Origin: a virus
Taxonomy: Duplodnaviria; Heunggongvirae; Uroviricota; Caudoviricetes
IMG/VR virus record: IMGVR_UViG_2585427970_000003
Length of the DNA stretch: 51,664 bases
Direction: 5' to 3' (one strand)
Shown here: in pieces, positions 1-9,117 of the stretch
Numbering within the stretch: position 1 is the stretch's first letter
Layout of the letters: each line of letters begins with the position of its first letter
The notes under the pieces: model-generated
What the model was told of the DNA's origin: nothing
Seen by the model: only the letters and a program-made list of their open reading frames with translations
Database searches by the model: none
Program-made: the position numbers and the translations under genes

Positions 1-19
1 CTATTTGATAAATATTAAA

Positions 20-1315
20 TTAATTTTTCATTGCTTCGTTATGGGGCATGGTTGGGGCAAACTCGCTTAACTGTGTATTTAACAAAGCTACCTGTGCATT
101 ATTGTTTTCAGACATCCATTTTCCGTATACCTGAAATACCATTTGCGCATCTGCATGGCCCATCTGGTTTGCTATAAATGCCGGGTTAGCACCAGCTGTC
201 AGCGACCAGCAGGCATAAGTATGTCTCGACTGATATGATTTTCGATGGCGGAGTCCGGCACGTTTTATCGCTGCGTCCCACATCTGCCTTATTGAGTCAA
301 CGGTAAAATGGTCACCATAATTTTTTACTCTCGCTGACACTTCAGGTTGAAAAACAAAGGTGCATTTTTGTTTTTCTGTTCTGCCATACTCTCTGAGGTG
401 AACATCAATGATATGCTCTTTGCTCAGTCTCGTTAATGTCATCTGACTCCGGAGAGCGTCGATTGCTGGCTTAATAAGATGAATGACCCGATTGGTTCCC
501 GCCTGTGTTTTTGGTACCGTGAAACGGTCTTTTGCTAAATTTCTCCTGATCATCATTGTTCCATTTTTCAGATCTATGTCCTCCCATCCAAGTGCACACA
601 GCTCACCAGGGCGAACTCCAGTATAAACAGAAACACACCATAAATTTTTTGCTTGCTGATTTCTGCACGCATCGATAAGACGGATAAATTCTTCCCGCGA
701 AAGAGGATCCGGAATGGTTCTTGATTCCTTTAATGGCGAGATCCCCTTAAACGGATTATCTGCCAGGTAACCGTTATCAACACCAAACTGGAACACGGCG
801 TTAAGATTTGTCATGTAATTATTTACAGTTACAGCCGATCTCCCTGGTTGTGTAACAATATAGTTACTTTTGGGGATCTGGTATCCAGTCAGTAACTCTT
901 TACGAACCTCCAGTAATTTTTCTTTATTAATCGATGAGGCAAGATTTTTTTCACCGATTATGCTCAGGATATTTTTGATGACGGCACGGTATGTGTTGAG
1001 TGATGTTTTGGCGACTTCAGTTTCTTTCAGTGCCAGAAATTTTTCAGCCAGTTCTTTTATGGTTAAATCTTGTCGGGCCTCACCAAATTTTTCCAGATTG
1101 CGTGAGGAGGGAAACTGTTTTGCATAGTCGAAAACACCAGTTTTTATTGCGTAACAAACAGAGGAGCGTAGTTCACCTGCAACGCGCCTGTTTTTTGCTG
1201 TGTCAGGAACCCCCAGATTTTCCCTGACTCTTACGTCTTTATAAACAAACCAGATACGTAATTTCCCTCCATGGTTTTCCACGCCTGTCGGATATTTCAT
1301 TTCAACTTCTCTCAT
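20..1315 (-). CDS. Phage tyrosine integrase
   Basis: 431-aa ORF at the prophage edge, C-terminal region with conserved His/Arg/Tyr-containing segment (SRHTYACWSL ... VFQVYGKW). Alternative start at Met6 (1300). Confidence 0.85.
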   Translation of the reverse strand: MREVEMKYPTGVENHGGKLRIWFVYKDVRVRENLGVPDTAKNRRVAGELRSSVCYAIKTGVFDYAKQFPSSRNLEKFGEARQDLTIKELAEKFLALKETEVAKTSLNTYRAVIKNILSIIGEKNLASSINKEKLLEVRKELLTGYQIPKSNYIVTQPGRSAVTVNNYMTNLNAVFQFGVDNGYLADNPFKGISPLKESRTIPDPLSREEFIRLIDACRNQQAKNLWCVSVYTGVRPGELCALGWEDIDLKNGTMMIRRNLAKDRFTVPKTQAGTNRVIHLIKPAIDALRSQMTLTRLSKEHIIDVHLREYGRTEKQKCTFVFQPEVSARVKNYGDHFTVDSIRQMWDAAIKRAGLRHRKSYQSRHTYACWSLTAGANPAFIANQMGHADAQMVFQVYGKWMSENNNAQVALLNTQLSEFAPTMPHNEAMKN

Positions 1316-1334
1316 TAGTTAGTGTGGCTTTTAG

Positions 1335-1586
1335 TCAAGTAAGATGACGTCTTGGTCTCGCTGATGCCTGGCGCTCAATCCAGCGATCAATTTCTTCCAG
1401 GTTGTAAAAGCATGGACTGTTATCCCATGGCATACCGTCATGAGCGACATGCTTATATTCCCTTCCTTCCATAAACGATTTTTCCCGGGCCTTTTTTAAC
1501 GTACCTTTTTTTATTCCTTTCAGCGCAATTAACTGCTCTTCGGATACCCATTTGCCGGGAGAGACAATCATGATTACTTCGCTCAT
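1335..1586 (-). CDS. Excisionase / AlpA-like DNA-binding protein
   Basis: 83-aa ORF immediately upstream of int on the same strand; small basic protein in the usual xis position. Confidence 0.55.
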   Translation of the reverse strand: MSEVIMIVSPGKWVSEEQLIALKGIKKGTLKKAREKSFMEGREYKHVAHDGMPWDNSPCFYNLEEIDRWIERQASARPRRHLT

Positions 1587-1658
1587 CGATTTCTTTATCT
1601 CTTACATCAGACGAGCGCCGGTTGCAGAATACCAGTCACAACCGGCGACAGTTGAACA

Positions 1659-4130
1659 TTAAGAATCAGCCTGACTCGGGATCAGTTTTTGCCAGATAAC
1701 TGAAACGTATTTTGCCTGGTAACGGGCGTCATCAAGTGCATTATGGCGCTCACCTTCGAATGGAATAGCCGTTCTGGCATCGAAGTCTATGGCTTTCCCC
1801 AGCTCAACGATTGTGCGTACATCGCGATCGTTGTAGTAACGCCACGGGCAGGGGATCCCCTGCCGTTCGTATGAACGGCGCAAAATCGTGTTGTCGAAGT
1901 TGGCTCCATTTCCCCAAACCTGAACAAAAAATTCACCGGAGTTTTCGTCGATAAATTCTCGCAATTGTAACAGTGCATCATCTAACGGGATTTCATCGGT
2001 CATAATGGCAGATTGCGCTTCGCGTGATTGCTTAAGCCACCATTTAATGGTGTCCCGATCAATGACTCCGCCAGCAGTTTCCAGATCGATAGTCTTACTA
2101 AATTCCGGTCCCATATCTCCGGTTTGCGGATCGAAAAATATTGCACCTATTGAGATGATCGGGGCATCAGGATTTTTTCCCATGGTTTCAAGGTCGATCA
2201 TTAGATGGTCACACGTCCTGCTGGTGGATGTGATTTCGTGATGACCGTTCACCTTAATTGGGTGATCTGCCGTCTCGCCAGTTTCATTATCGCTATTGTG
2301 ATGCTGATTGCCGCCAGTGTTCTCCTTGTGTGGATGTTCAGCGCCTTCCATTTCCTCCGGATCATCTTCCTGAACTTCAACCTGATACTCTTCATCGAAT
2401 GTTTCTTGGTATGTTGCGTCGCCCATCACCGCGCCACAATCAGGGCAGTTGCCGCCGCCGGTCTGACCGCAGGCGGTGCAGACTTTTTCCACTTCCTGTT
2501 GCGCTACTGGTTCAGGCTGTTTCGTTTCTGGCTCGTTTTGTAACGCATTTGGACTGTTTTGTTCCGCTTTTTGGTAGTTCCGTTCCGATTCATGCTGGTT
2601 CTGGTTCACAGAATCGCGGGTCTGGAGCCCCTTAACCCATTTCGGATCATTCGGGTCACTAATCCCTTCAACAAATTCACCACGTGATGCAGCAAGCAAC
2701 TTATCGGCGTCAGGCTGGCTGATATTGGCTGCCTGCATAATTTTGTTTACTTCGTCAGCGGTAACTTTTATCGGCTCTGGTTGTTCTGAATCTTCAGCGG
2801 TATCTACATTTTGCGGTAAGCCCGTGTATGTGCCATTTTTTCGGGCAAAATATTCTTCTTTTGTGATTTCAGTGGCGCCAGCAGCCAGTGCCTTATCCAG
2901 ACCAGAGAGTTTGTTTGCGCGACCGTATTTTTCTCCGTCCTTATCTGCGAAGAGGAAATAGAACGGCCCCTCACGCTCTACAGATGGTTCAGCTTCCGGC
3001 GCGGTTTCATTTTTTGGGATATCAGATACCTCAGTTTCCACTGCATCAGTTTGTGTTTCTGATGACTGGAGAACATCAACAGTGCCCAGGTCTGTTTCTT
3101 CATTCTCAAACACGCCCTTTGTCGTCAGGTATTCGCAGATATATTTGTTCAGTGCTACGGGATCTTTGTGAATGTCGATCGGACGCTCACGGACAAGGCC
3201 AAAAATAGTTTGGCGGTCGTAGCGAAGGGCATCAGGCTGTTTGCGCATTGATGCCGAGATACGCTTCCAGTCTTCGCGGTCGTTGTCGATAACTTCTTTT
3301 TTTGCCCAGCGATGGATGCTGCCGTCAATGTTTCCGGCATCCACATCACTAGGCCAGAGAGCGTAGGCCAGTTCGTCATCCAGTGTTTTCCATGTCTGCT
3401 TGTATTCGCGATGAATGGCAGCAATGACCGGGCTGATTTTTCCTGTTGAATTTTCAGTGTACTGTTGATTGGCTCTGGCGCGGGCGAGATCAACAACAGA
3501 CGTGTATTTTCCGGTTTCCTTGCGTTCACCTTCGCGACGTTTTTTCCAGATGCGCATCTCTGCCTGAATTTCGGGCCATTTAGCACCAGGAATACATTTA
3601 TGCTTAACCCACCCAATGGCGTGCAACTTAAGCTCCGGATACATGGCGTTAACTTCTGGCATTTTCATCAACGCTTCAACGATATGTCCGTCGAATGTTG
3701 CCATGTCTTCCTGCAACAATTCCTGTGCGCTAATAACCATATCAACGGTGATGTTTTCACATGTGTCGAACTTAACCATGACAGCGTTCTGTACTTCAGG
3801 GGCCAGCTTGTCAAAAGTGACGTTCATCGGATCGGATTCAGTCTCAACCGGGACAAAAGAAGCAGACTCCTCATCCCAGCGGTTTTCCTGCATATATTCA
3901 GCATCCCATGAATCGAGGGCAGGGCGGGGTATGCCAGGTTTATCCTCGCAGACAATAAATTTATAAGCGCAGTCCTGAGCAGCCGGATAATGTTCCAGGA
4001 ATTGCCAGTGAAATTTTGCTCGAGCACGGCGTTCGTCGCCAGCTTCAATGGCTGTGGCTACAGCCACAGCGCCTTCTTCCCTTGTTGCCAGTTCGTCAGG
4101 AATAGCGGCGCAAATAAAGACTTTACTCAT
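1659..4130 (-). CDS. RecE-like N-terminal region fused to a DnaQ-type (DEDDh) 3'-5' exonuclease domain
   Basis: C-terminal motifs DLETMG (Exo I), WGNGANFD (Exo II), HNALDDARY (Exo III); CxxC...CxxC cluster (CTACGQTGGGNCPDCG). Start chosen at MSKVF (4130) behind GAGG; ORF extends in frame to 4166. Probably the intact form of the gene truncated in K-12 Qin (ydfE), from memory. Confidence 0.7.
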   Translation of the reverse strand: MSKVFICAAIPDELATREEGAVAVATAIEAGDERRARAKFHWQFLEHYPAAQDCAYKFIVCEDKPGIPRPALDSWDAEYMQENRWDEESASFVPVETESDPMNVTFDKLAPEVQNAVMVKFDTCENITVDMVISAQELLQEDMATFDGHIVEALMKMPEVNAMYPELKLHAIGWVKHKCIPGAKWPEIQAEMRIWKKRREGERKETGKYTSVVDLARARANQQYTENSTGKISPVIAAIHREYKQTWKTLDDELAYALWPSDVDAGNIDGSIHRWAKKEVIDNDREDWKRISASMRKQPDALRYDRQTIFGLVRERPIDIHKDPVALNKYICEYLTTKGVFENEETDLGTVDVLQSSETQTDAVETEVSDIPKNETAPEAEPSVEREGPFYFLFADKDGEKYGRANKLSGLDKALAAGATEITKEEYFARKNGTYTGLPQNVDTAEDSEQPEPIKVTADEVNKIMQAANISQPDADKLLAASRGEFVEGISDPNDPKWVKGLQTRDSVNQNQHESERNYQKAEQNSPNALQNEPETKQPEPVAQQEVEKVCTACGQTGGGNCPDCGAVMGDATYQETFDEEYQVEVQEDDPEEMEGAEHPHKENTGGNQHHNSDNETGETADHPIKVNGHHEITSTSRTCDHLMIDLETMGKNPDAPIISIGAIFFDPQTGDMGPEFSKTIDLETAGGVIDRDTIKWWLKQSREAQSAIMTDEIPLDDALLQLREFIDENSGEFFVQVWGNGANFDNTILRRSYERQGIPCPWRYYNDRDVRTIVELGKAIDFDARTAIPFEGERHNALDDARYQAKYVSVIWQKLIPSQADS

Positions 4131-4222
4131 TTGTTTTAACCTCATGACAGATTTAAGGATGAACAAATCCCTGCCATTGCTGGCATATAAGAATGAAACC
4201 GGATATTTATTACGGAACTGTT

Positions 4223-4414
4223 TTAAAGACCTGCCGGGATTTCGATATTATCCTGGTGAATAACTTTATCGACCGGGTAACAGTTACCGGGAATTTTCTG
4301 TTCGGTTGCTGCAGTCATACACTCCTGCATTGTCCTGTGAACACTGACTGCAATATCAACTGGCTCTCCGGAAACAAGAAAAACTGTCAGAACAAGCACA
4401 AATGCTGAATTCAT
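4223..4414 (-). CDS. ydfD: YdfD small membrane lysis protein (63 aa)
   Basis: MNSAFVLVLTVFLVSGEP... N-terminal TM segment; length and position downstream of dicB match Qin ydfD; start overlaps dicB stop (ATGA). Confidence 0.7.
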   Translation of the reverse strand: MNSAFVLVLTVFLVSGEPVDIAVSVHRTMQECMTAATEQKIPGNCYPVDKVIHQDNIEIPAGL

Positions 4415-4599
4415 TGTGCACATCCTTTTGGCATCAGACGTAAACGAGCCAGCATTGAAACAATGCATATTTTATTTAATAGCTCCCGTTCTTGTTTTCT
4501 CTTGTTAATGGCATCTTCAGTAAATACTGGGTTACTGATAGTGACACCAATTTCAAAACAACCTTCAGACGTATTAACGTTTGGTAATAACGTTTTCAT
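4411..4599 (-). CDS. dicB: Cell division inhibitor DicB (62 aa)
   Basis: MKTLLPNVNTSEGCFEIGVTISNPVFTEDAINKRKQERELLNKICIVSMLARLRLMPKGCAQ matches DicB as I recall it; ORF track extends upstream to 4704, start taken at Met36. Confidence 0.85.
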   Translation of the reverse strand: MKTLLPNVNTSEGCFEIGVTISNPVFTEDAINKRKQERELLNKICIVSMLARLRLMPKGCAQ

Positions 4600-4773
4600 T
4601 ATCGCGTCCTCAACAATGAATTTTGTGATGCAGTGCCTGGTGCCTCCAGGTGACGTTAACCAGTTAACAATTAACGCCGGATACAGAGAATCCACCCATA
4701 ACACTGTTTTTGGTTTTAACTGTTCCGCGTGCGCTCAGCCGCATTCACCACATCACAAAATTCACTTTAAAAA

Positions 4774-4826
4774 GGGCGGCAGAGCAGTCACGGAGTAAAA
4801 CTGATACCGCCAAACGTCACCAGAAA
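4774..4826 (-). ncRNA. dicF: DicF small RNA
   Basis: Minus-strand sequence TTTCTGGTGACGTTTGGCGGTATCAGTTTTACTCCGTGACTGCTCTGCCGCCC followed by a T-run; matches the 53-nt DicF as recalled; lies between ydfC and dicB as in the dicB operon. Confidence 0.8.
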
Positions 4827-5166
4827 ATTGATAACAGAGGGCGTTGCAGCGGGGTTGTCACTTAAGCGTATGGTCAACCTGACAACCCGGTGTCCTCAAC
4901 GGGGAAGGAATAACCCCGCCATACTTACCGCCGCGCCATTTCGCGGGTTGCCACAACCGGAAGCGCACGGTCGACGAAAATTTAACGACAGGCTATCTAT
5001 GAACCAGCTACCTCGCCGTGCGCTTTCGCGTTATGGTCTGACTTTTCAGGGAAATATCCTTTCAGTAAACTGTCAGTTCCGGATGCGCACCCGTGTCCGG
5101 CGCACGCACTCCACCTCACCCGTGGAGAACTCCTTAATTACTAACCTTAGCTTTGTTGATTAGCTA

Positions 5167-5385
5167 CTAACGCGGGTATGTAATCATTCTGGCAATGCTT
5201 AATGCCGCTGCTTTTTCCAGATTGGTGATATCCTGCTCCAGAGCGGACAGATTTTCAGCCTGCTTAGCCCTGGCTTCATTAGCCCATTTCAGATCCTGCG
5301 CTGCATTAATTTTCTGGCGCATCCACTCATAAAGTTCATCATCGGTATAGTCTGGCGCGATGATGACGGGTTCTCGTTTCTGCAT
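5167..5385 (-). CDS. ydfC: YdfC (72 aa)
   Basis: 72-aa ORF in the expected position and order of the dicB operon. Confidence 0.65.
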   Translation of the reverse strand: MQKREPVIIAPDYTDDELYEWMRQKINAAQDLKWANEARAKQAENLSALEQDITNLEKAAALSIARMITYPR

Positions 5386-5414
5386 ACTGATTCCTCGCGG
5401 TGCTGTTTCGCTTA

Positions 5415-5543
5415 TCAGCCGTTAGATTTTGCCGAACTGGAAAGCGCCTGTTTAAACTCACTGAAGCTGAGAGCTTCTTCGCCTTCGGCAAGGCCTTCGA
5501 AGTATTCTTCGTAAGCCTTTTCCATGATTGTGTCGAAATCCAT
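5415..5543 (-). CDS. ydfB: YdfB (42 aa)
   Basis: Manual translation MDFDTIMEKAYEEYFEGLAEGEEALSFSEFKQALSSSAKSNG; below the ORF-track size cutoff. Confidence 0.6.
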   Translation of the reverse strand: MDFDTIMEKAYEEYFEGLAEGEEALSFSEFKQALSSSAKSNG

Positions 5544-5544
5544 A

Positions 5545-5700
5545 TCACTCACCTGAGTTTCTTTCCAGCCAGCGACGGGCACCATTTTCGGTTTTAAACG
5601 TTTTGCTTTTGGTATACGTCATTGCGGTGAACGTGCCGTCCTGGTTTGGAAACACGCCGTACACCAGAGATTCGTTGTTGCCAAGATCGATAGTATCCAT
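5545..5700 (-). CDS. ydfA: YdfA (51 aa)
   Basis: MDTIDLGNNESLVYGVFPNQDGTFTAMTYTKSKTFKTENGARRWLERNSGE; first gene leftward of dicA. Confidence 0.7.
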   Translation of the reverse strand: MDTIDLGNNESLVYGVFPNQDGTFTAMTYTKSKTFKTENGARRWLERNSGE

Positions 5701-5866
5701 GCTGACCTCATTTCCCCTTAACGCTGGGGTAGCGGAACTGTTTGCTGAGAACACCGTGCGGTGTGTTGATGCAAACAAGATTAGCCATGACTAACATATC
5801 GGTCAAGTGATTTTGTATGCTATAGCTAACATAATTGATGTGGTAAAAGATAACTCATTGATGATG

Positions 5867-6274
5867 TTATCTTTTATTTGTCCGCTGACGGGCTTTTAGT
5901 AATTCTTCAAAGAGTTTATTGAAGTTTTTTACTCGAGCTCGCATTTCGGCGAGCTGGGTATCCTGTTCTGATTCTGGCAGTGCATTAAACAGCTCAAGGA
6001 GCTCTAGTTCTTTGGGGGATAAGGCAACTGGCTTCTCAACAGGTGGTGTTGGTTGCTTGTCTTCATCGCCAAATAGAATCCATGTTGGTGAGCATTGCAA
6101 TACTTTGCTGAGGGCAAAAAGGTTCTTCCCTGTAGGTTCACTATCACCCCGTTCCCATTGTGATACAGACACATGGGAGATTTTCAGGGCTTTAGCAAGA
6201 GACCTTTGGGTGTGTTTGAGGTTTTTCCGACGATACCTGATGCGTTCGCCGATAGTTAAATTTTTTGTTTCCAT
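5867..6274 (-). CDS. dicA: DicA, CI-like HTH repressor
   Basis: 135-aa protein METKNLTIGERIRYRRKNLKHTQRSLAKALKISHVSVSQWERGD... (HTH_XRE), divergent from dicC. Confidence 0.9.
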   Translation of the reverse strand: METKNLTIGERIRYRRKNLKHTQRSLAKALKISHVSVSQWERGDSEPTGKNLFALSKVLQCSPTWILFGDEDKQPTPPVEKPVALSPKELELLELFNALPESEQDTQLAEMRARVKNFNKLFEELLKARQRTNKR

Positions 6275-6276
6275 AG

Positions 6277-6342
6277 TTAGCTAATGCTAAATCGTATTGA
6301 CTATGTTTTTGTTAACATCTATCTTGTTAGTTATGACTAACA
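6277..6342. promoter_or_regulatory. dicA/dicC divergent promoter-operator region
   Basis: Perfect palindromes TTAGC-TAAT-GCTAA (6277..6290) and TGTTAGT-TATG-ACTAACA (6325..6342); TTGACT -35-like hexamer at 6297..6302; the 10-mer ATGACTAACA recurs at 5787..5796 on the ydfA side of dicA. Confidence 0.55.
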
Positions 6343-6357
6343 ATAAAGGTGTTTTAA

Positions 6358-6588
6358 ATGCTTAAAACTGACGCTCTTTTGTATTTCGGTTCAAAAACAA
6401 AACTTGCACAAGCAGCAGGTATTCGTTTGGCTTCGCTTTATAGCTGGAAAGGGGATTTAGTTCCCGAAGGTCGCGCGATGCGTCTACAGGAGGCATCTGG
6501 CGGGGAGCTTCAGTATGATCCCAAAGTTTATGATGAATATCGTAAGACGAAGCGGGCGGGGCGGTTGAACAATGAAAATCACTCCTGA
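6358..6588 (+). CDS. dicC: DicC, Cro-like regulator
   Basis: 76-aa MLKTDALLYFGSKTKLAQAAGIRLASLYSWKGDLVPEG..., divergent from dicA. Confidence 0.85.
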   Translation: MLKTDALLYFGSKTKLAQAAGIRLASLYSWKGDLVPEGRAMRLQEASGGELQYDPKVYDEYRKTKRAGRLNNENHS

Positions 6589-7093
6589 ACAGGCTCGTGA
6601 GGCTCTGGATGCCTGGATATGTCGACCAGGAATGACACAGGAGCAGGCGACGATATTAATCACTGAAGCATTCTGGGCTTTGAAAGAGCGCCCGAACATC
6701 GATGTTCAGCGTGTCACATATGAAGGTGGCGCGATTGATCAGCGAGCGCTTGGCGTTAATCGAGTGAAGATATTTGAACGCTGGAAGGCTATCGACACCA
6801 GGGATAAGCGTGAAAAGTTCACGGCGCTAGTGCCTGCAATTATGGAGGCTATCCGGATTAATGATTTCAGGTTGTATCGTGAAATTACTGACGGAAAAAG
6901 CATCACGTGCATGATCGCCGGGTTAAACAAAGAATATGGCGATGTGGTGGAGTCCGGACTGCTTTTTGCTGATCCTGCCGTAGTGGATCGTGAAACTGAC
7001 GAACTTATAGAAAAAGCAATTGCTTTCAAACTTGCGTATCGACAGCAATACCAACAAAAAGCTGGATGGAATTATGAGCCTTCTTTTTGCTGA
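6572..7093 (+). CDS. YdaT-like protein (CII-position gene)
   Basis: 173 aa; shares the MKI..E......AW...KIF.RW...DT......ALVPAI pattern recalled from Rac YdaT; directly follows the cro-like gene. Confidence 0.5.
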   Translation: MKITPEQAREALDAWICRPGMTQEQATILITEAFWALKERPNIDVQRVTYEGGAIDQRALGVNRVKIFERWKAIDTRDKREKFTALVPAIMEAIRINDFRLYREITDGKSITCMIAGLNKEYGDVVESGLLFADPAVVDRETDELIEKAIAFKLAYRQQYQQKAGWNYEPSFC

Positions 7094-8039
7094 ACGCCCA
7101 CTGGTTATAAACACGCAGCTGGCAATGAAAATTGGCTTAAACGAAGCCATTGTTTTGCAACAACTGCACTACTGGTTGAGAGATACCAACTCCGGCATGG
7201 AATGTGATGGTGTTCGCTGGATTTATAACACAACGGAACAATGGCTGGAACAGTTCCCATTCTGGTCAGAGTCAACGTTAAAGCGCGCGTTTGCAAGTCT
7301 GAAAACGCTGGGGCTTTTGCGTTGTGAAAAGCTCAATAAATCAAAGCGCGATATGACCAATTTCTACACGATCAACTATGGGAGCGAGCTTTTAGATGGT
7401 GGCAAATTGAGCGAATCCATCGGTTCAAAATGCGCCGCTCCATCAGGTCAAAATGACACGATGGAAGAGGTCAAAATGAAACGCTCCATTGGTTCAAAAC
7501 GACCCAATGTCATCGGGTCAAAATGGCCTGATGATCTTACAGAGAATACAACAGAGATTACTACAGAGAATAAAAACACTTTTCGTCCGGAAGCTTCGCA
7601 ACCGGACCCGCAGACGACTGAACAGGATTTTTTAACCCGGAACTCCGACGCGGTTGTGTTTAGTGCGAAAAAACGCCAGTGGGGTAGCAGGGAGGATTTG
7701 GCGTGTGCGCAGTGGATCTGGGGGCGGATCGTGGGTCTCTACGAACAGGCAGCCAGTGATGATGGCGAGATCATGCGACCAAAAGAGCCTAACTGGACTG
7801 CCTGGGCCAATGACGTGCGCACAATGCGGATGCTGGATGGCAGAAGCCACAGACAAATTTGCGAAATGTTTGGTCGGGTTCAGCGAGATCCATTCTGGGT
7901 AAAAAACATCATGAGCCCGTCAAAGCTCCGCGAAAAATGGGACGAACTGGTCATCCGCCTGGGACGTTCACCTGTACAGCGTTGTGTTAATCATATTTCT
8001 GAACCGGATACAGAAATTCCGCCTGGTTTCAGAGGATAA
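7074..8039 (+). CDS. Replication initiator (O-like), iterons within coding sequence
   Basis: Central region encodes repeated IGSK peptides from five DNA iterons; ORF track starts at 7020 but ATG 7074 gives minimal overlap with upstream gene. Confidence 0.6.
   Translation: MSLLFAERPLVINTQLAMKIGLNEAIVLQQLHYWLRDTNSGMECDGVRWIYNTTEQWLEQFPFWSESTLKRAFASLKTLGLLRCEKLNKSKRDMTNFYTINYGSELLDGGKLSESIGSKCAAPSGQNDTMEEVKMKRSIGSKRPNVIGSKWPDDLTENTTEITTENKNTFRPEASQPDPQTTEQDFLTRNSDAVVFSAKKRQWGSREDLACAQWIWGRIVGLYEQAASDDGEIMRPKEPNWTAWANDVRTMRMLDGRSHRQICEMFGRVQRDPFWVKNIMSPSKLREKWDELVIRLGRSPVQRCVNHISEPDTEIPPGFRG
7416..7574. repeat. Putative replication origin: five ~23-bp-spaced iterons plus 3x ACAGAGA(A/T)TA repeats
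   Basis: Iterons with core GGT(T)CAAAA at 7422, 7446, 7469, 7491, 7515; followed by ACAGAGAATA (7541), ACAGAGATTA (7553), ACAGAGAATA (7565). Confidence 0.6.
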
Positions 8040-8079
8040 GTGTTGATTTCAGGTCATGAGGTAATTTTAAGGGGGACTT

Positions 8080-8502
8080 GTGGCAAAAGTTTTTACACAA
8101 GAAGAGCGGGAAAAAATTAAATGGCAGGTGGTGGAACTCGTGCGCCAGAGCGGCCGTGAGACGTTACGGCAACTGGAAGCTAAAACAGGTGCGACTAGAT
8201 ATCTGATGAGCGTTCTTGCCAGAGAGCTGGTAGCCAGTGGCGATGTATACAACTCCGGCTACGGGTTATTCCCCTCTGAACAGGCGCGTAAGGACTGGCA
8301 AAACGCCCGCAAAAAACTCTCGAGGGCAAAGGTGAAGAAACCTGCTGTGGTTGATCCGGACCTTATCTGGTCATCACCTGACGGAGAAATACGTCGCTAC
8401 GACAGTCGCCTAAACATAATCTGTCGCGAGTGCCGGAAGAGCGAAGTTATGCAGCGCATACTGGCTTTCTATCAGGGTAATTTTCAGGACGTGGCGCAGT
8501 GA
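8080..8502 (+). CDS. Hypothetical protein (140 aa)
   Basis: Intact ORF with no motif I can assign; stop overlaps the start of the methyltransferase remnant. Confidence 0.4.
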   Translation: MAKVFTQEEREKIKWQVVELVRQSGRETLRQLEAKTGATRYLMSVLARELVASGDVYNSGYGLFPSEQARKDWQNARKKLSRAKVKKPAVVDPDLIWSSPDGEIRRYDSRLNIICRECRKSEVMQRILAFYQGNFQDVAQ

Positions 8503-8945
8503 GTGCACCGGCAACCATTCTTGATATGTGCTGTGGCAGCCGCATGTTCTGGTTCGATAAGTCTGACGAACGGGCGATATTCAGCGATATCAGAAAAGAA
8601 GGATACACATTACGCAATGGGAGACGCTTGATTATCAGCCCTGACATTATCGCAGATTTTCGTGCATTATCATTTGCAGACGCATCTTTTTCGATGGTTG
8701 TATTAGACCCTCCGCATCTTGAGAGTGTTGGTGATAACGCCTGGATGGGAAAGAAATATGGACGGCTGAATAAAGATGCCTGGCGTGATGATTCGCGACA
8801 GAGATTTAAAGAAGCCTTTCGGGTGTTGAGGCCGCACGGCGTTCTGATTTTTTAATGGAATGAAACGCAAATACCGGTAAGCCAGATTCTGGCACTGACA
8901 GACAGAAAACCTGTTATCTGTCAACGAACAGGGAAAAAACGATAA
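8499..8945 (+). pseudogene. SAM-dependent amino-methyltransferase with premature in-frame TAA
   Basis: Motif I-like LDMCCGSRM and motif IV DPPH; TAA at 8853..8855 followed by 29 sense codons in the same frame (WNETQIPVSQILALTDRKPVICQRTGKKR) to TAA at 8943. Confidence 0.55.
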
Positions 8946-9117
8946 AACCCACTGGATTATTTTTATGAAAGAGGCATCCAGTGAGTAGATTCGTAAGGCT
9001 ACAGATACGTATATCTGAATAATTAAATTCAGTTCTGTAAATAAAATTTAATCCTTAACCGGATGGATTTCTGCACCCTCAGAACATCAGGAGGCCGCCC
9101 GAAAGGGCGGTAGTGAA

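Noticed and set aside
4852-4917. Hairpins interpreted as a put-like antitermination RNA
   Set aside because: They sit directly upstream of dicF within the dicB operon and are more simply explained as dicF precursor processing structures.
7416-7530. Possible CRISPR-like repeat array
   Set aside because: Repeats are about 17 bp with imperfect copies and no unique spacers, lie inside a coding frame and encode a repeated peptide; they behave as replication iterons.
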